Source: an uncultured Actinomycetes bacterium (GTDB taxonomy: Bacteria; Actinomycetota; Thermoleophilia; RBG-16-64-13). From it: DNA of 64,000 nucleotides. The position numbers were made by a program, and so were the translations under genes. The DNA is taken from positions 320,001-384,000 of the forward strand of contig CAWJDT010000004.1 of assembly GCA_963841735.1 (NCBI GenBank), written 5' to 3'. The notes below the pieces were generated by a model. That model worked only from the letters and a program-made list of their open reading frames with translations. It ran no database searches and was not told where the DNA came from. The first letter of the stretch is position 1; every line of letters begins with the position of its first letter. Positions 45,718-54,889 of this stretch are shown here, one piece after another.

Positions 45718-47055
45718 CTACAGTACGGGTTGGTCTTGGTCGTGCAGCGGACGGTGCTTCGCCACCAGATCCGCGTATTGCTCCCGTTCGATGATCACCC
45801 TGGCTTGACCTTCATTCACCATAACAACGGCGGGCCGAGGGCTGCCGTTGTAGTTGGATGCCATGGCGTAACAGTAGGCGCCCGTAGTCGGCATCACCAA
45901 TATGTCTCCCGGCTCTGGCTTGGCGATGACCGCGTTGCGGATAAGGATATCGCTGCTCTCGCAGTGTTTGCCCGACACAGTCACGGCCGAATCAGCCGGA
46001 GCATCCGCCCGGTTGGCGATCATCCCCTGGTACTCCGCATCGTAAAGCATGGGCCTGATGTTGTCACTCATGCCCCCGTCAACACTGACATAGGTGCGCA
46101 CACCCGGTATGTCCTTGATGGTGCCCACCCGGTAAGCGGTAATGCCCGCCTTACCGACGATGGACCTGCCCGGTTCTATGAGCACGCGCGGCATGGCTAG
46201 CCCCATGGCGGTCATCTCTTCCCTGACGCCCTCCACCTTCACCTCGGCATACTCGCCGATGGTGGCGGGTGTGTCCGCCTCGGTGTAGCGGATGCCGAGA
46301 CCTCCGCCCACGTTCAGATACCGGCAGTCAAAGCCGAAACCCGCGTGCGCCTGCCCTATGAGCCGCACCAGGATATTGATGGCCTTACGAAACCCGTCCA
46401 GCTGGAATATCTGACTGCCGATGTGAGCGTGCAGGCCTACCAGATCCAGGTGCGGCGCTGCCATGGCCTCCCGGATGGCCTCCAGCGCCACTCCATCCCC
46501 AAGCCCGAAACCGAACTTGGAGTCAACCTGCCCTGTCTCGATATACGAGTGTGTGTGCGCTTCAACCCCAGGAGTGATACGCAGCAGAACCCCTTGCTTA
46601 CCGCCGCGGGCTCCCACCATCTCCTCCAGCAGGGCCAGCTCCTGGAAACTGTCGACCACCACGAAGCCCACACCGCCGGCAAGAGCATAATCAAGCTCCG
46701 CGCGGGTCTTGTTGTTACCGTGAAAGAAGATGCGCTCGGCGGGAAAACCGGCCGCCTTGGCCACGTAATACTCCCCGCCTGACGAGACATCGATGGAGAG
46801 GCCCTCCTCCAGAACGATCTGCTCCACGGCCACTGACGAGAAGGCCTTGCTGGCGTAGATGACCTCAAAGTCGTCGGTATGCTGCTTGAAGGCCGCCATA
46901 TACCGGCGGCACTGGTCGCGAATGGACTTCTCCTCATAGATCATGAGGGGTGTGCCGAACTCGGCCACCAGTTCAACCACGTCGCACCCGTCAACCTCCA
47001 GGTGCCCCGCTGAGTTGTGTGTAGCGGTGATGGGATAAACGAGCGTGTGAGTCAA
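45718..47055 (-). CDS. lysA: diaminopimelate decarboxylase
   Basis: YASKA, HGNNK, SKFG, HIGSQ, EPGRS, HCESSD and GAYCYAMASNYN. TTG start with GGAGG RBS. Confidence 0.97.
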   Translation of the reverse strand: MTHTLVYPITATHNSAGHLEVDGCDVVELVAEFGTPLMIYEEKSIRDQCRRYMAAFKQHTDDFEVIYASKAFSSVAVEQIVLEEGLSIDVSSGGEYYVAKAAGFPAERIFFHGNNKTRAELDYALAGGVGFVVVDSFQELALLEEMVGARGGKQGVLLRITPGVEAHTHSYIETGQVDSKFGFGLGDGVALEAIREAMAAPHLDLVGLHAHIGSQIFQLDGFRKAINILVRLIGQAHAGFGFDCRYLNVGGGLGIRYTEADTPATIGEYAEVKVEGVREEMTAMGLAMPRVLIEPGRSIVGKAGITAYRVGTIKDIPGVRTYVSVDGGMSDNIRPMLYDAEYQGMIANRADAPADSAVTVSGKHCESSDILIRNAVIAKPEPGDILVMPTTGAYCYAMASNYNGSPRPAVVMVNEGQARVIIEREQYADLVAKHRPLHDQDQPVL

Positions 47056-47137
47056 GAAAGCCTCCAAGAACGACAAACACCGGTACGTTACCACAAGCGG
47101 CTAGGGGCTGCTGTAGCTGCTAGAATTCACCTTCACG

Positions 47138-47494
47138 ATGAGTGAAGAGACACCGACCTTCTCCTATTATCGGGGAACCAAGCAGCCCAGCTTTGCCACC
47201 CGTACGGAACTCGAGGCAGCCAAACTTTTCGACTACCACCGGATAGCCTGGGAATACGAACCGCGCACCTTCATACTCGAGCAAGACGAGCGCGGGAACA
47301 TCCTTGAAGCTTTCACCCCCGACTTCTTCCTGCCTGACCTAGATCTGTTCGTGGAAGTCACAGAGATGAAGCAATCGCTTGTCACCGCCAAGAACCGCAA
47401 GGTCCGCAAGGTCCGGGAGAAGTACCCGGACATCCGCGTGAAGATACTTTACCGCAAGGACTTCATGCGCATGGCCCAGAAGTACGGCCTCTGA
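47138..47494 (+). CDS. small conserved hypothetical protein, PD-(D/E)XK nuclease-like
   Basis: WEYEPRTF..FTPDFFLPDLDLFVEVT pattern; 7 nt upstream of hpt. Confidence 0.7.
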   Translation: MSEETPTFSYYRGTKQPSFATRTELEAAKLFDYHRIAWEYEPRTFILEQDERGNILEAFTPDFFLPDLDLFVEVTEMKQSLVTAKNRKVRKVREKYPDIRVKILYRKDFMRMAQKYGL

Positions 47495-47501
47495 GGCCCA
47501 G

Positions 47502-48104
47502 ATGTATACGCCGCCGCCCACTCCATCCACATACCGCGGACCCAAGAACGCCCAGGAACACATCGGGGAGGCCTTCTTGGACGCGGAGGCTATCGCACAT
47601 CGTGTCCGCGAGTTGGGGGCAGAGATCACCCGCGACTACCAGAGCCGCGAAATATTGCTGATATCGATCCTACGGGGCTCGCTGTTCTTCATGGCCGACC
47701 TGGCCCGTGTCATCGCCGTGCCCCTCGAGATGGACTTCCTCGCAATCAGCTCATACACCGACGAACACTCCGAGACAGACGCGCGGGCCATCCGCTTTCT
47801 CAAGGACCTCGATCAGCCGGTGAAAGACAAGCACGTCTTAGTGGTGGAAGACGTGATCGACTCAGGGCTCACCTTGCACTACATCCTGCGCTCACTTGCG
47901 CTGCGAAGGCCCCAGACTCTGGAGGTGTGCACGCTGTTCGACCGACCCCATCAGCGATTGGTGGATATCGAGGTGCGCTACCGCGGCTTCGAGGTTCCCG
48001 ACGATTTTTTCGTTGGCTACGGCTTCGACCACCGCCAGTCGTTTCGAAACCTCCCCTATGTGGCCTATCTGAAACAGGGGCCTGACCAACCCACACTCTT
48101 CTAG
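47502..48104 (+). CDS. hpt: hypoxanthine phosphoribosyltransferase
   Basis: ILRGSLFFMADL, VVEDVIDSGLTL, FFVGYGFD and RNLPY. Confidence 0.95.
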   Translation: MYTPPPTPSTYRGPKNAQEHIGEAFLDAEAIAHRVRELGAEITRDYQSREILLISILRGSLFFMADLARVIAVPLEMDFLAISSYTDEHSETDARAIRFLKDLDQPVKDKHVLVVEDVIDSGLTLHYILRSLALRRPQTLEVCTLFDRPHQRLVDIEVRYRGFEVPDDFFVGYGFDHRQSFRNLPYVAYLKQGPDQPTLF

Positions 48105-48167
48105 CCGGACGCCGCTGCATCCGAACGCACGCGGCGTTCGAGACCACGTACTCGCACAGGGGAAAAA

Positions 48168-48243
48168 TGGAGCGGAGTACGGGGGTCGAACCCGCGACAT
48201 CCAGCTTGGGAAGCTGGCACTCTACCAACTGAGTTAACTCCGC
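48168..48243 (-). tRNA. tRNA-Gly(CCC)
   Basis: GCGGAGTTAACTCAGTTGGTAGAGTGCCAGCTTCCCAAGCTGGATGTCGCGGGTTCGACCCCCGTACTCCGCTCCA; cloverleaf with encoded CCA. Confidence 0.97.
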
Positions 48244-48436
48244 CCGCCGACAGGTCATCCAAGCGGTGGCGATGATACCACAACAGTCGCAACGGTCATA
48301 TTCATGGAGCTGTCGCGGGCGGCCGATTTCGCTGCCCAAGCGGCCTAATGGCCCGTCCGCTCTAAGCGTACACTCGTTCCGCTAACGCCGGACGCATACA
48401 CCGGCATTTTTCCGCGCCGGCGGCCTGCCGCGCACC

Positions 48437-48464
48437 TTGACTTCCCCGGCGAGATAGCTAGAAT
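48437..48464 (+). promoter_or_regulatory. sigma70-type promoter for candidate ncRNA
   Basis: TTGACT-N16-TAGAAT, ending 8 nt before the structured element. Confidence 0.7.
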
Positions 48465-48472
48465 CAGTTGCA

Positions 48473-48617
48473 GAGTCCCGAGAGTTCAGACGCAGCGTCT
48501 GAGGAGCTTACAAAGGGACCCGCAGAGGAAACGCGGAGGTAAATGGCCGCGAAGTACAGCGAAGCGGGTGCAAAGTGAGAGCCGTTGAAAGACGAAAAGC
48601 GAGTTCACTCGGGACTC
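48473..48617 (+). ncRNA. candidate stand-alone structured RNA (rod-like; 6S-like or unclassified)
   Basis: Ends pair perfectly (GAGTCCCGAG / CTCGGGACTC), with nested stems and purine-rich internal loops, an upstream promoter, an overlapping terminator and no ORF. Confidence 0.65.
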
Positions 48618-48624
48618 GCTTTTT
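48595..48624. terminator. bidirectional intrinsic terminator (ncRNA / mutM)
   Basis: AAAAGCGAGTTC-ACTCG-GGACTCGCTTTTT. Confidence 0.75.
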
Positions 48625-48673
48625 GCTTTATCGATGCTGCCTCACGACACGCACCACTCCACCGCCGGCGGCC

Positions 48674-49495
48674 CTACGATTGGCAACCGGGGCAGTAAGC
48701 CGTTCCCCGGCCCCCTACCACCACCCGCTCTAGGCGAACGCCGCAGCGCCCGCACTCCTGCCCCTGCCGGCCGTACGCGCGCAGCCAATCCTGGAAAGTG
48801 CCCGGCTCGCCCTGAGTGTCCACGAAGTCGGAGATGGAGCAGCCCAGCAGACGCACACCCTCACCCAGTCGCCGCGGGATCTCCTCGGCAAGCCGCGCCA
48901 CCTCGTCGCCTGAGAGTGACCCACAAGGACGAAGGGGCGAAAGCCCTGTCCACCAGAGGATCTCATCCGCGTAGATGTTGCCGATGCCGGCCAGGTGCCT
49001 CTGGTCCAACAAGAAGGCTTTGAGAGGCGCGGTCCTGCCGTGCAGTCTCCGCCCCAGATAGTCCGCGTCCCACGACCCCCGCCATGCGTCGGGCCCCAGA
49101 CCCGCGATGCGAGGAGCAGGCCCGTCGACGGTCACGTGCACTCTCCCGAACTTGCGTACGTCGCGAAACTCAAGATCGAACGGCCGGCCGACGGGATCCC
49201 CAAGCCGGAAGAGAAAACGGGTATGCGAGCTGTCGCCAGCGGCGTCGATTAGCAACTGCCCCGTCATACCCAGGTGCAGTGTCAAATACAAATTGCCCTC
49301 AAGCCTTATCAGCAAGAACTTGCCGACACGGTCGACCGACTCGATGCGCCTTCCCGGCAGCAGGCTCTCCGCCTGTTCCGAGGTGCAATCGCGAAGCATG
49401 GCCGGCTCGATCCGCTCCACGGCGACAAACACCGCACCCTCGAGGGCTGGGGCCAGCTGGCATCTGACAGTCTCGACCTCCGGTAGCTCGGGCAC
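48674..49495 (-). CDS. mutM: formamidopyrimidine-DNA glycosylase / AP lyase
   Basis: PELPEVETV, HLGMTG, DVRKFG, AGIGNIYADE and a C4 zinc finger. Confidence 0.97.
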   Translation of the reverse strand: MPELPEVETVRCQLAPALEGAVFVAVERIEPAMLRDCTSEQAESLLPGRRIESVDRVGKFLLIRLEGNLYLTLHLGMTGQLLIDAAGDSSHTRFLFRLGDPVGRPFDLEFRDVRKFGRVHVTVDGPAPRIAGLGPDAWRGSWDADYLGRRLHGRTAPLKAFLLDQRHLAGIGNIYADEILWWTGLSPLRPCGSLSGDEVARLAEEIPRRLGEGVRLLGCSISDFVDTQGEPGTFQDWLRAYGRQGQECGRCGVRLERVVVGGRGTAYCPGCQS

Positions 49496-49505
49496 AGCGC
49501 CCCCC

Positions 49506-51293
49506 CTACATGCTCTCCGGGGCACTCACCCCCAACAGGTCGAGACAACGGTGGATCACGTGGCGGGTGACCAGGCACAGCGCGAGACGCGATGCCGCCT
49601 CTTCGGAGGCCACTCCGATCACGCGGCAGTGCTTGTAGAACACATGGTAGTCGGCCGCCACTTCTTGAGCGTAGCCTGCGATGCGGTGCGGCGCTCGTCT
49701 CTCGGCCGAGTCCTGCACGACCGTGGAGAAGCTCTCCAGCCGTTTGATCAGCGCCCGCTCATAGGGCGACGCGAATACGGTGGGGCCCTCCGGCACCGCC
49801 GCCTCCATACCCTCGGGCACGTTGCGCACGATGCTGGCTATGCGGGCATGAGCGTACTGCACGTAGTACACCGGGTTGTCCGCCGACTGAGTCCGGGCAA
49901 GATCCAGATCCAGATCGAGCGTCTGGTCTTGAGAACGGGAGACCAAGAAGAACCGGGCCGCATCGACACCGATGGCCTCCACCAGTTCGCCCAAGGTGAC
50001 CATCTCTCCCCGGCGAGTGGACATCTGCCGCAACTCACCCTTCTCGAGAAGGGTGACCAGCTGCCCGATGATGACTTCCAACGTGCCCGGACGGCCAGAC
50101 AGGATCTCGACGGCTGCCATCATGCGCAGCACGTAGCCGTGATGGTCGGCGCCCCAGATGTTGACCAGATGGTCAAACCCGCGCTCGAGCTTATCCTCGT
50201 GATAGGCGATATCGGCGGCAAAATAGGTCGGGTGACCATTGGCGCGGACGAGTACGCGGTCTTTGTCGTCGCCCCGGGTGGTGGTACGGAGCCACACGGC
50301 TCCTCCTTCCCGAAAAGCTTCGCCCGACTCCAGGAGGCGTTCGACTACTTGAGCCAGCCGCCCGCCGGTGTGAAGGGCGGTCTCGCTAAACCAGCAGTCG
50401 AAGGTCACGCCGAACTTGTCGAGTTCCTCGCGCATCTCGTCGAGCATGGCGGCACAACCCTGCCCTCTGAAGAAGGCGACGGCCTCCTCCACCGCCGGCT
50501 CTACCGGCCAAACAGAGGCCTCCTCCGCCGGCTCCTCTTGGTCGGCCTCGTCCGGGACAACAGCTCCCTCCGCCACCCCGGCCACCTTTGCCGGCGGCAG
50601 ACTCTTGGTGAGCCCCTCCGCTGCGGAGACCAGCGCGCCCACGTAGCGGTCGCCCACCTGAGACCGGATAGCCTCGGCTATGCCGGCTACGTAGTCGCCC
50701 TGATACCCGTCGGCGGGAACAGGCAGGTCTATACCGAAAGACTGCGCATACCTGGCTGCGACGCTACGACCGAAACGGTCCATCTGCCGACCATAGTCGT
50801 TGATATAGAACTCGGTGGAGATATTCGCCCCGCTGAAGGCCATGAGCCGCTTCAGGGAGTCCCCGTATGCCGCGTAGCGACCGTGTCCCACATGCAGGGG
50901 CCCGTTGGGATTGACGCTGACGAACTCAAGGTTGACCCGAGGTGCGGGCCGAGCCGGACCACGCCCGATGTCGCCGGCCTGGGCGAGCATCTGCTTCATA
51001 GCTTCGGTGTACGCACCGACACTGAGCGTGAAGTTGAGAAACCCGGGGCCGGCCACCTCGATCTTGTCCACCAGCTTCGCGAACGCCGGATCGGCGGCAA
51101 GGCGCCTGCTAAGTTCCTCGGCCAGTTTGCGCGGCGGCTGCTTGACTGCCCGCGCCAACTGCATGCAGATGGGCGTAGCGTAGTCGCCGTGAGCTTCCTC
51201 GGCCGGGCGCTCCAACAAACACGCTGGCATATCCGTCCAACCCTGCTCCGCGGACCATTCCGCGACAACTCTCTGAAGCAATTCAGCCAGCAC
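49506..51293 (-). CDS. argS: arginine--tRNA ligase
   Basis: AGPGFLNF, EFVSVNPNGPLHVGH, WGADHHGY, MSTRRG and YVQYAHAR. Confidence 0.97.
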   Translation of the reverse strand: MLAELLQRVVAEWSAEQGWTDMPACLLERPAEEAHGDYATPICMQLARAVKQPPRKLAEELSRRLAADPAFAKLVDKIEVAGPGFLNFTLSVGAYTEAMKQMLAQAGDIGRGPARPAPRVNLEFVSVNPNGPLHVGHGRYAAYGDSLKRLMAFSGANISTEFYINDYGRQMDRFGRSVAARYAQSFGIDLPVPADGYQGDYVAGIAEAIRSQVGDRYVGALVSAAEGLTKSLPPAKVAGVAEGAVVPDEADQEEPAEEASVWPVEPAVEEAVAFFRGQGCAAMLDEMREELDKFGVTFDCWFSETALHTGGRLAQVVERLLESGEAFREGGAVWLRTTTRGDDKDRVLVRANGHPTYFAADIAYHEDKLERGFDHLVNIWGADHHGYVLRMMAAVEILSGRPGTLEVIIGQLVTLLEKGELRQMSTRRGEMVTLGELVEAIGVDAARFFLVSRSQDQTLDLDLDLARTQSADNPVYYVQYAHARIASIVRNVPEGMEAAVPEGPTVFASPYERALIKRLESFSTVVQDSAERRAPHRIAGYAQEVAADYHVFYKHCRVIGVASEEAASRLALCLVTRHVIHRCLDLLGVSAPESM

Positions 51294-51307
51294 CTGGGTC
51301 CTCTTCC

Positions 51308-52330
51308 CTATTCCTGTGTCTTCTTTGGAGCCCCGACGAGCTCCTCCAACTTGACTATCTCGGCCGGGGTTCCGATGGCAATGATCGTATCCCCCGGTTC
51401 GAGGATCACCTGTGGCGACGGATTGGAGTCAAAGGCCCCGCTCTGCCCGTGTCTAACCGCTAGAATGGTAGCTCCCGTCCGCTTCCGCACCGCCATGTCC
51501 TGTATAGACCGGCCGATGGCGCAGCATTGAGGGGTCAGTTTCAGCTCCTCCATGCGGAACTCGAGCTCACCGCCACTGGTGACTACATCGAGGTAGTCGC
51601 TGACCAACGGCTTCAGCATCAGAGTGGCCATCTGCTTCCCGCCGATCCCATAGGGAGACACCACACGGTCGGCGCCGGCCCGCTTAAGCTTGCTGACCGT
51701 GTCTTCAGACCCACCCCGGGCCACGATGAGCAGTTGTGGGTTCAGCACCCGAGCCGAGAGCGTTACATAGATGTTGCCCGCGTCGGACCCCACCGCTGTG
51801 ATCAGACCCCTGGCCCTCTCGATACCAGCCGCTTCCAGAGTCTCATCGGTCGTGGCATCGCCCCTCACCACCAAGAGACCGTCGGCCTCAGCCCGGGTGA
51901 GACTCTCAACGTCGTTATCGACGATCACGAAGCTCGCGTTGTGCGTCGCCAAATGACGGGCGACCGCTTCGCCCACACGACCGTAGCCGCAGATGACGTA
52001 GTGTCCCTCAAGCTTGTCCACCTTCTTCTTCACGACCCTCCTCCTATACGCCCCCGAGAGCTGGCCTCCCACGACAAACTCCACCATGGATCCGAGACCG
52101 TAGAGTATGGTACCGACTCCCCCGATGATCAGCACCAGTGTGAACACCCTCCCGGCCGTGGAAAGGGGTCGCACCTCCCGGAACCCCACCGTGGAGATGG
52201 TGGTCACGGTCATGTAGAAAGAATCCAGAGGCCCCCAACCCTCGATCAACATGTATCCGACCGTCCCTACGACCATGGCAGCGACTATCGCCGCCAGGAT
52301 CCTCAGCCCAGTCTTCGCCTCCCGGCTCAC
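51308..52330 (-). CDS. potassium channel protein with TrkA-N/TrkA-C (RCK) domains
   Basis: Two TM segments with TISTVGF filter, ICGYGRVG and a C-terminal TrkA-C domain. Confidence 0.92.
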   Translation of the reverse strand: MSREAKTGLRILAAIVAAMVVGTVGYMLIEGWGPLDSFYMTVTTISTVGFREVRPLSTAGRVFTLVLIIGGVGTILYGLGSMVEFVVGGQLSGAYRRRVVKKKVDKLEGHYVICGYGRVGEAVARHLATHNASFVIVDNDVESLTRAEADGLLVVRGDATTDETLEAAGIERARGLITAVGSDAGNIYVTLSARVLNPQLLIVARGGSEDTVSKLKRAGADRVVSPYGIGGKQMATLMLKPLVSDYLDVVTSGGELEFRMEELKLTPQCCAIGRSIQDMAVRKRTGATILAVRHGQSGAFDSNPSPQVILEPGDTIIAIGTPAEIVKLEELVGAPKKTQE

Positions 52331-52537
52331 CGGGTATCACCCCGAACGTCCGCGCAGTCAACATTTGTTTCGATCATGCTCGAATTCTAGCCCAAACCTC
52401 CGCTCAGCTCCCAAGAATGAAACGGCGCTTGACAGCGGTCGTGCCCACCCCCCACAATACCGGCAGGCCGCACCCGTGGCGACCGGGGACGGTGCTTCGT
52501 TGTTCGGAAAGGGCAACCGAGAGTCGGAGGAGTGCAT

Positions 52538-52825
52538 ATGCTCCATGAACCAGCACCCGCAGAAGTACACGGAGTAGAAGAGGCCGCTGCCTACAAACAG
52601 CGCCTCGGCTTGATCATGCTGGCTGTCTACGGTGTGATCTACATTGTCTTTATCATCCTCAACGTGGCAACGCCCAGAACAATGGGCACCCTGGTCGTCG
52701 GCGGTCTGAACCTCGCAATCGTCTTCGGCTTCGCCCTCATCGTGATCGCATTGGTGCTGGCCGTCGCTTACAACTGGGCGTGCACTCGTCACGAGAAGTC
52801 CTTCGAAACCGAGGAGAAGGCCTGA
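52538..52825 (+). CDS. DUF485 (YjcH-like) small membrane protein
   Basis: Two TM helices with NLAIVFGFALI..YN; GGAGGAG RBS; 1 nt upstream of the symporter. Confidence 0.82.
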   Translation: MLHEPAPAEVHGVEEAAAYKQRLGLIMLAVYGVIYIVFIILNVATPRTMGTLVVGGLNLAIVFGFALIVIALVLAVAYNWACTRHEKSFETEEKA

Positions 52826-52826
52826 C

Positions 52827-54762
52827 ATGGGAGAAGTCAAGACCTTGGCCGTCGTCATCTTCTTGGTGATCGTAGGTATCGTTCTCTTTGTATCGTTCTT
52901 CACCGCCCGCCGGGCCCGTTCCTCCAGCGGCTACTACGCTGCCGGCGGGCGCATCCACTGGGGCGTCAACGGTATCGCCTTCGCGGGTGACTACCTCTCG
53001 GCTGCTTCCTTCCTAGGCATCTGCGGCATGATCGCCGTAGCCGGTTACGATGGCTTTTTGTACTCCATCGGCTACCTCGCTGGATGGGTCGTAGCTCTGT
53101 TCGTCGTCGCAGAGCCCATGCGCCGCCTGGGAAGATACACCTTCACCGACGCCCTGGACGCCAAGTTCAACAAGCGTAGCCTCAAGCTCTGGGCGGCCAT
53201 CGCTACGCTCATCGTCTCGATCTTCTATCTGATTCCTCAGATGGTGGGCGCTGGGGTACTCATCGAGCCGCTGCTGGGCTTTCCGCACTGGGTGGGAGTG
53301 GTGCTAGTCGGAGCCATCGTTATCGCCATTGTGGCGACCGCCGGTATGACCTCCACTACGTACGTCCAGTTCATCAAGGGCTCACTGCTCATCAGTATTC
53401 GCGTTGGTTATCGTCGTAGCCCTCTGCGTCCGCGGTCTATCGACCTCTCCGGACCAAGGTGGCCGAGTCCCCTTCTATGACTACAAGACCATTACGGCGA
53501 CAACCGACACAAACGGCGCGATAGTGCCCGAGGACACCTCATACCAGGTTGTCGGGCAGCAGGCTCAGACCATCAAGGGCAAGGAAGTCACCTTCGTCAA
53601 GCTGTCGAAGGACGGCATGGCTACCTGGTGGAAGGCCGACACCGCCAATGACGTCGTGGCTCTGCACGAGACGCAGGAAGTGGTGACCCTGGCGGATGGG
53701 ACCAAGTACATCAACGGAGCTCCAGAGTCCAAAGACAACAAGCTCAGGCTGGTCGGCAACCTGAGCGCCATCGACGGCCAGACCGCGGTACAGACAGGGG
53801 CGATCAACCCCTTCCGGTTCCTTGCCCTGATCGGCGACCCGGACACCACCATCAACCTCTGGAAGTCGACGTCCTTCAAGGATGGTGGGGACAGCGTGTC
53901 CGTTTACTACTCCGTCTCGGTCGCGGGTGACACCGTCGCTCGACCGGGGCAGTCGTTCAAACTCGAGGGATCGTGGACCGACAAGGTGGACTTCATCTCC
54001 CTCATGATCGCGCTGTTCCTGGGCACCGCGTCATTGCCGCACATCCTCATCCGCTACTACACAGTCCCCAGTCAACGGGCAGCTCGCAAGTCTACTGTGG
54101 TCGCAATCGCAGCCATCGGGTTCTTCTACATCCTCACCTTGTTCCTGGGCCTCGGCGCCATGTCGAGCTCCACGGTGAACCCGCTGGACAACAACATGTC
54201 CGCGCCGCTCTTGGCGGAGTCGTTCGGCACCTTCCTGTTCGCGATGATCTCGGCCATCGCCTTTGCGACTGTGCTGGGCACTGTCAGCGGTCTCATCATC
54301 GCCGCCTCCGGCGCTGTGGCGCACGACCTGCTCGACCGCTTCGGCGGCCACATCAAGAACGACAAGCAGAAGGTCTACGCCGGCCGCATCGCCGCATTCG
54401 TGGTGGGGGCGGTCGCCATCCTGTTGGGTATCGCTTTCCAGGGCATCAACGTCTCGTTCTTGGTGGGCTTGGCATTCGCGGTCGCCGCGTCGGCCAACCT
54501 GCCCTGCATCATCATGATGCTGTTCTGGAAGCGCACCACCTCAAAAGGCATGGTCGCCTCGATCATCGTGGGAATCGTCGTCTCGGTGGGCATCATCCTC
54601 TTTTCGCCCACCGCTTGGGAACTCTACGGCCTCAACCCGGCCGACGCCCCGCTCCCACTCAAGAACCCGGGCATCGTATCTATCCCCGCGAGCTTCCTCG
54701 CCATCTACCTGGTGTCGAAGCTGACCAAGCCGGACATGCTGGAGGAGCACGCCAAGGCGTAG
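52827..54762 (+). CDS. actP: cation/acetate symporter ActP (sodium:solute symporter family), one apparent frameshift near 53400
   Basis: NGIAFAGDYLSAASFLGI, YLIPQMVGAG, LGTASLPHILIRYYTV, AFATVLGTVSG and AASANLP. Confidence 0.9.
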
Positions 54763-54798
54763 CGTCTACCAGCGCCGAGGAGCGCATGTCGCTCAACA

Positions 54799-54841
54799 AA
54801 GAAAGCCGCCGGATGCTCGTTCGCATCCGGCGGCTTTTCCT
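54799..54841 (+). terminator. intrinsic terminator after actP
   Basis: AAAGCCGCCGGATGC..GCATCCGGCGGCTTTT. Confidence 0.8.
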
Positions 54842-54889
54842 CTGCCCGGGCCGGCCCGCTATGCGGCCGGCCCGGTTGTATAAAGCGTC

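Noticed and set aside
48473-48617. Identification as lysine riboswitch, T-box, SRP RNA, RNase P or tmRNA
   Set aside because: It lacks the T-box GGTGGNACC, SRP GGAAGCAG loop and RNase P GAGGAAAGTCC signatures, is too short for tmRNA, and has no downstream sense gene.
48634-49023. 129-aa ORF downstream of the candidate ncRNA
   Set aside because: It lies almost entirely antisense to mutM, has no RBS and has Pro/Arg-rich shadow composition.
49107-51530. 807-aa plus-strand ORF, and similar long ORFs at 37611-39113, 39767-41143 and 11527-12606
   Set aside because: They are antisense shadows of argS/mutM, rho, glpX/2-PGK and uvrA. High-GC codon bias keeps these frames open and they have no recognisable motifs.
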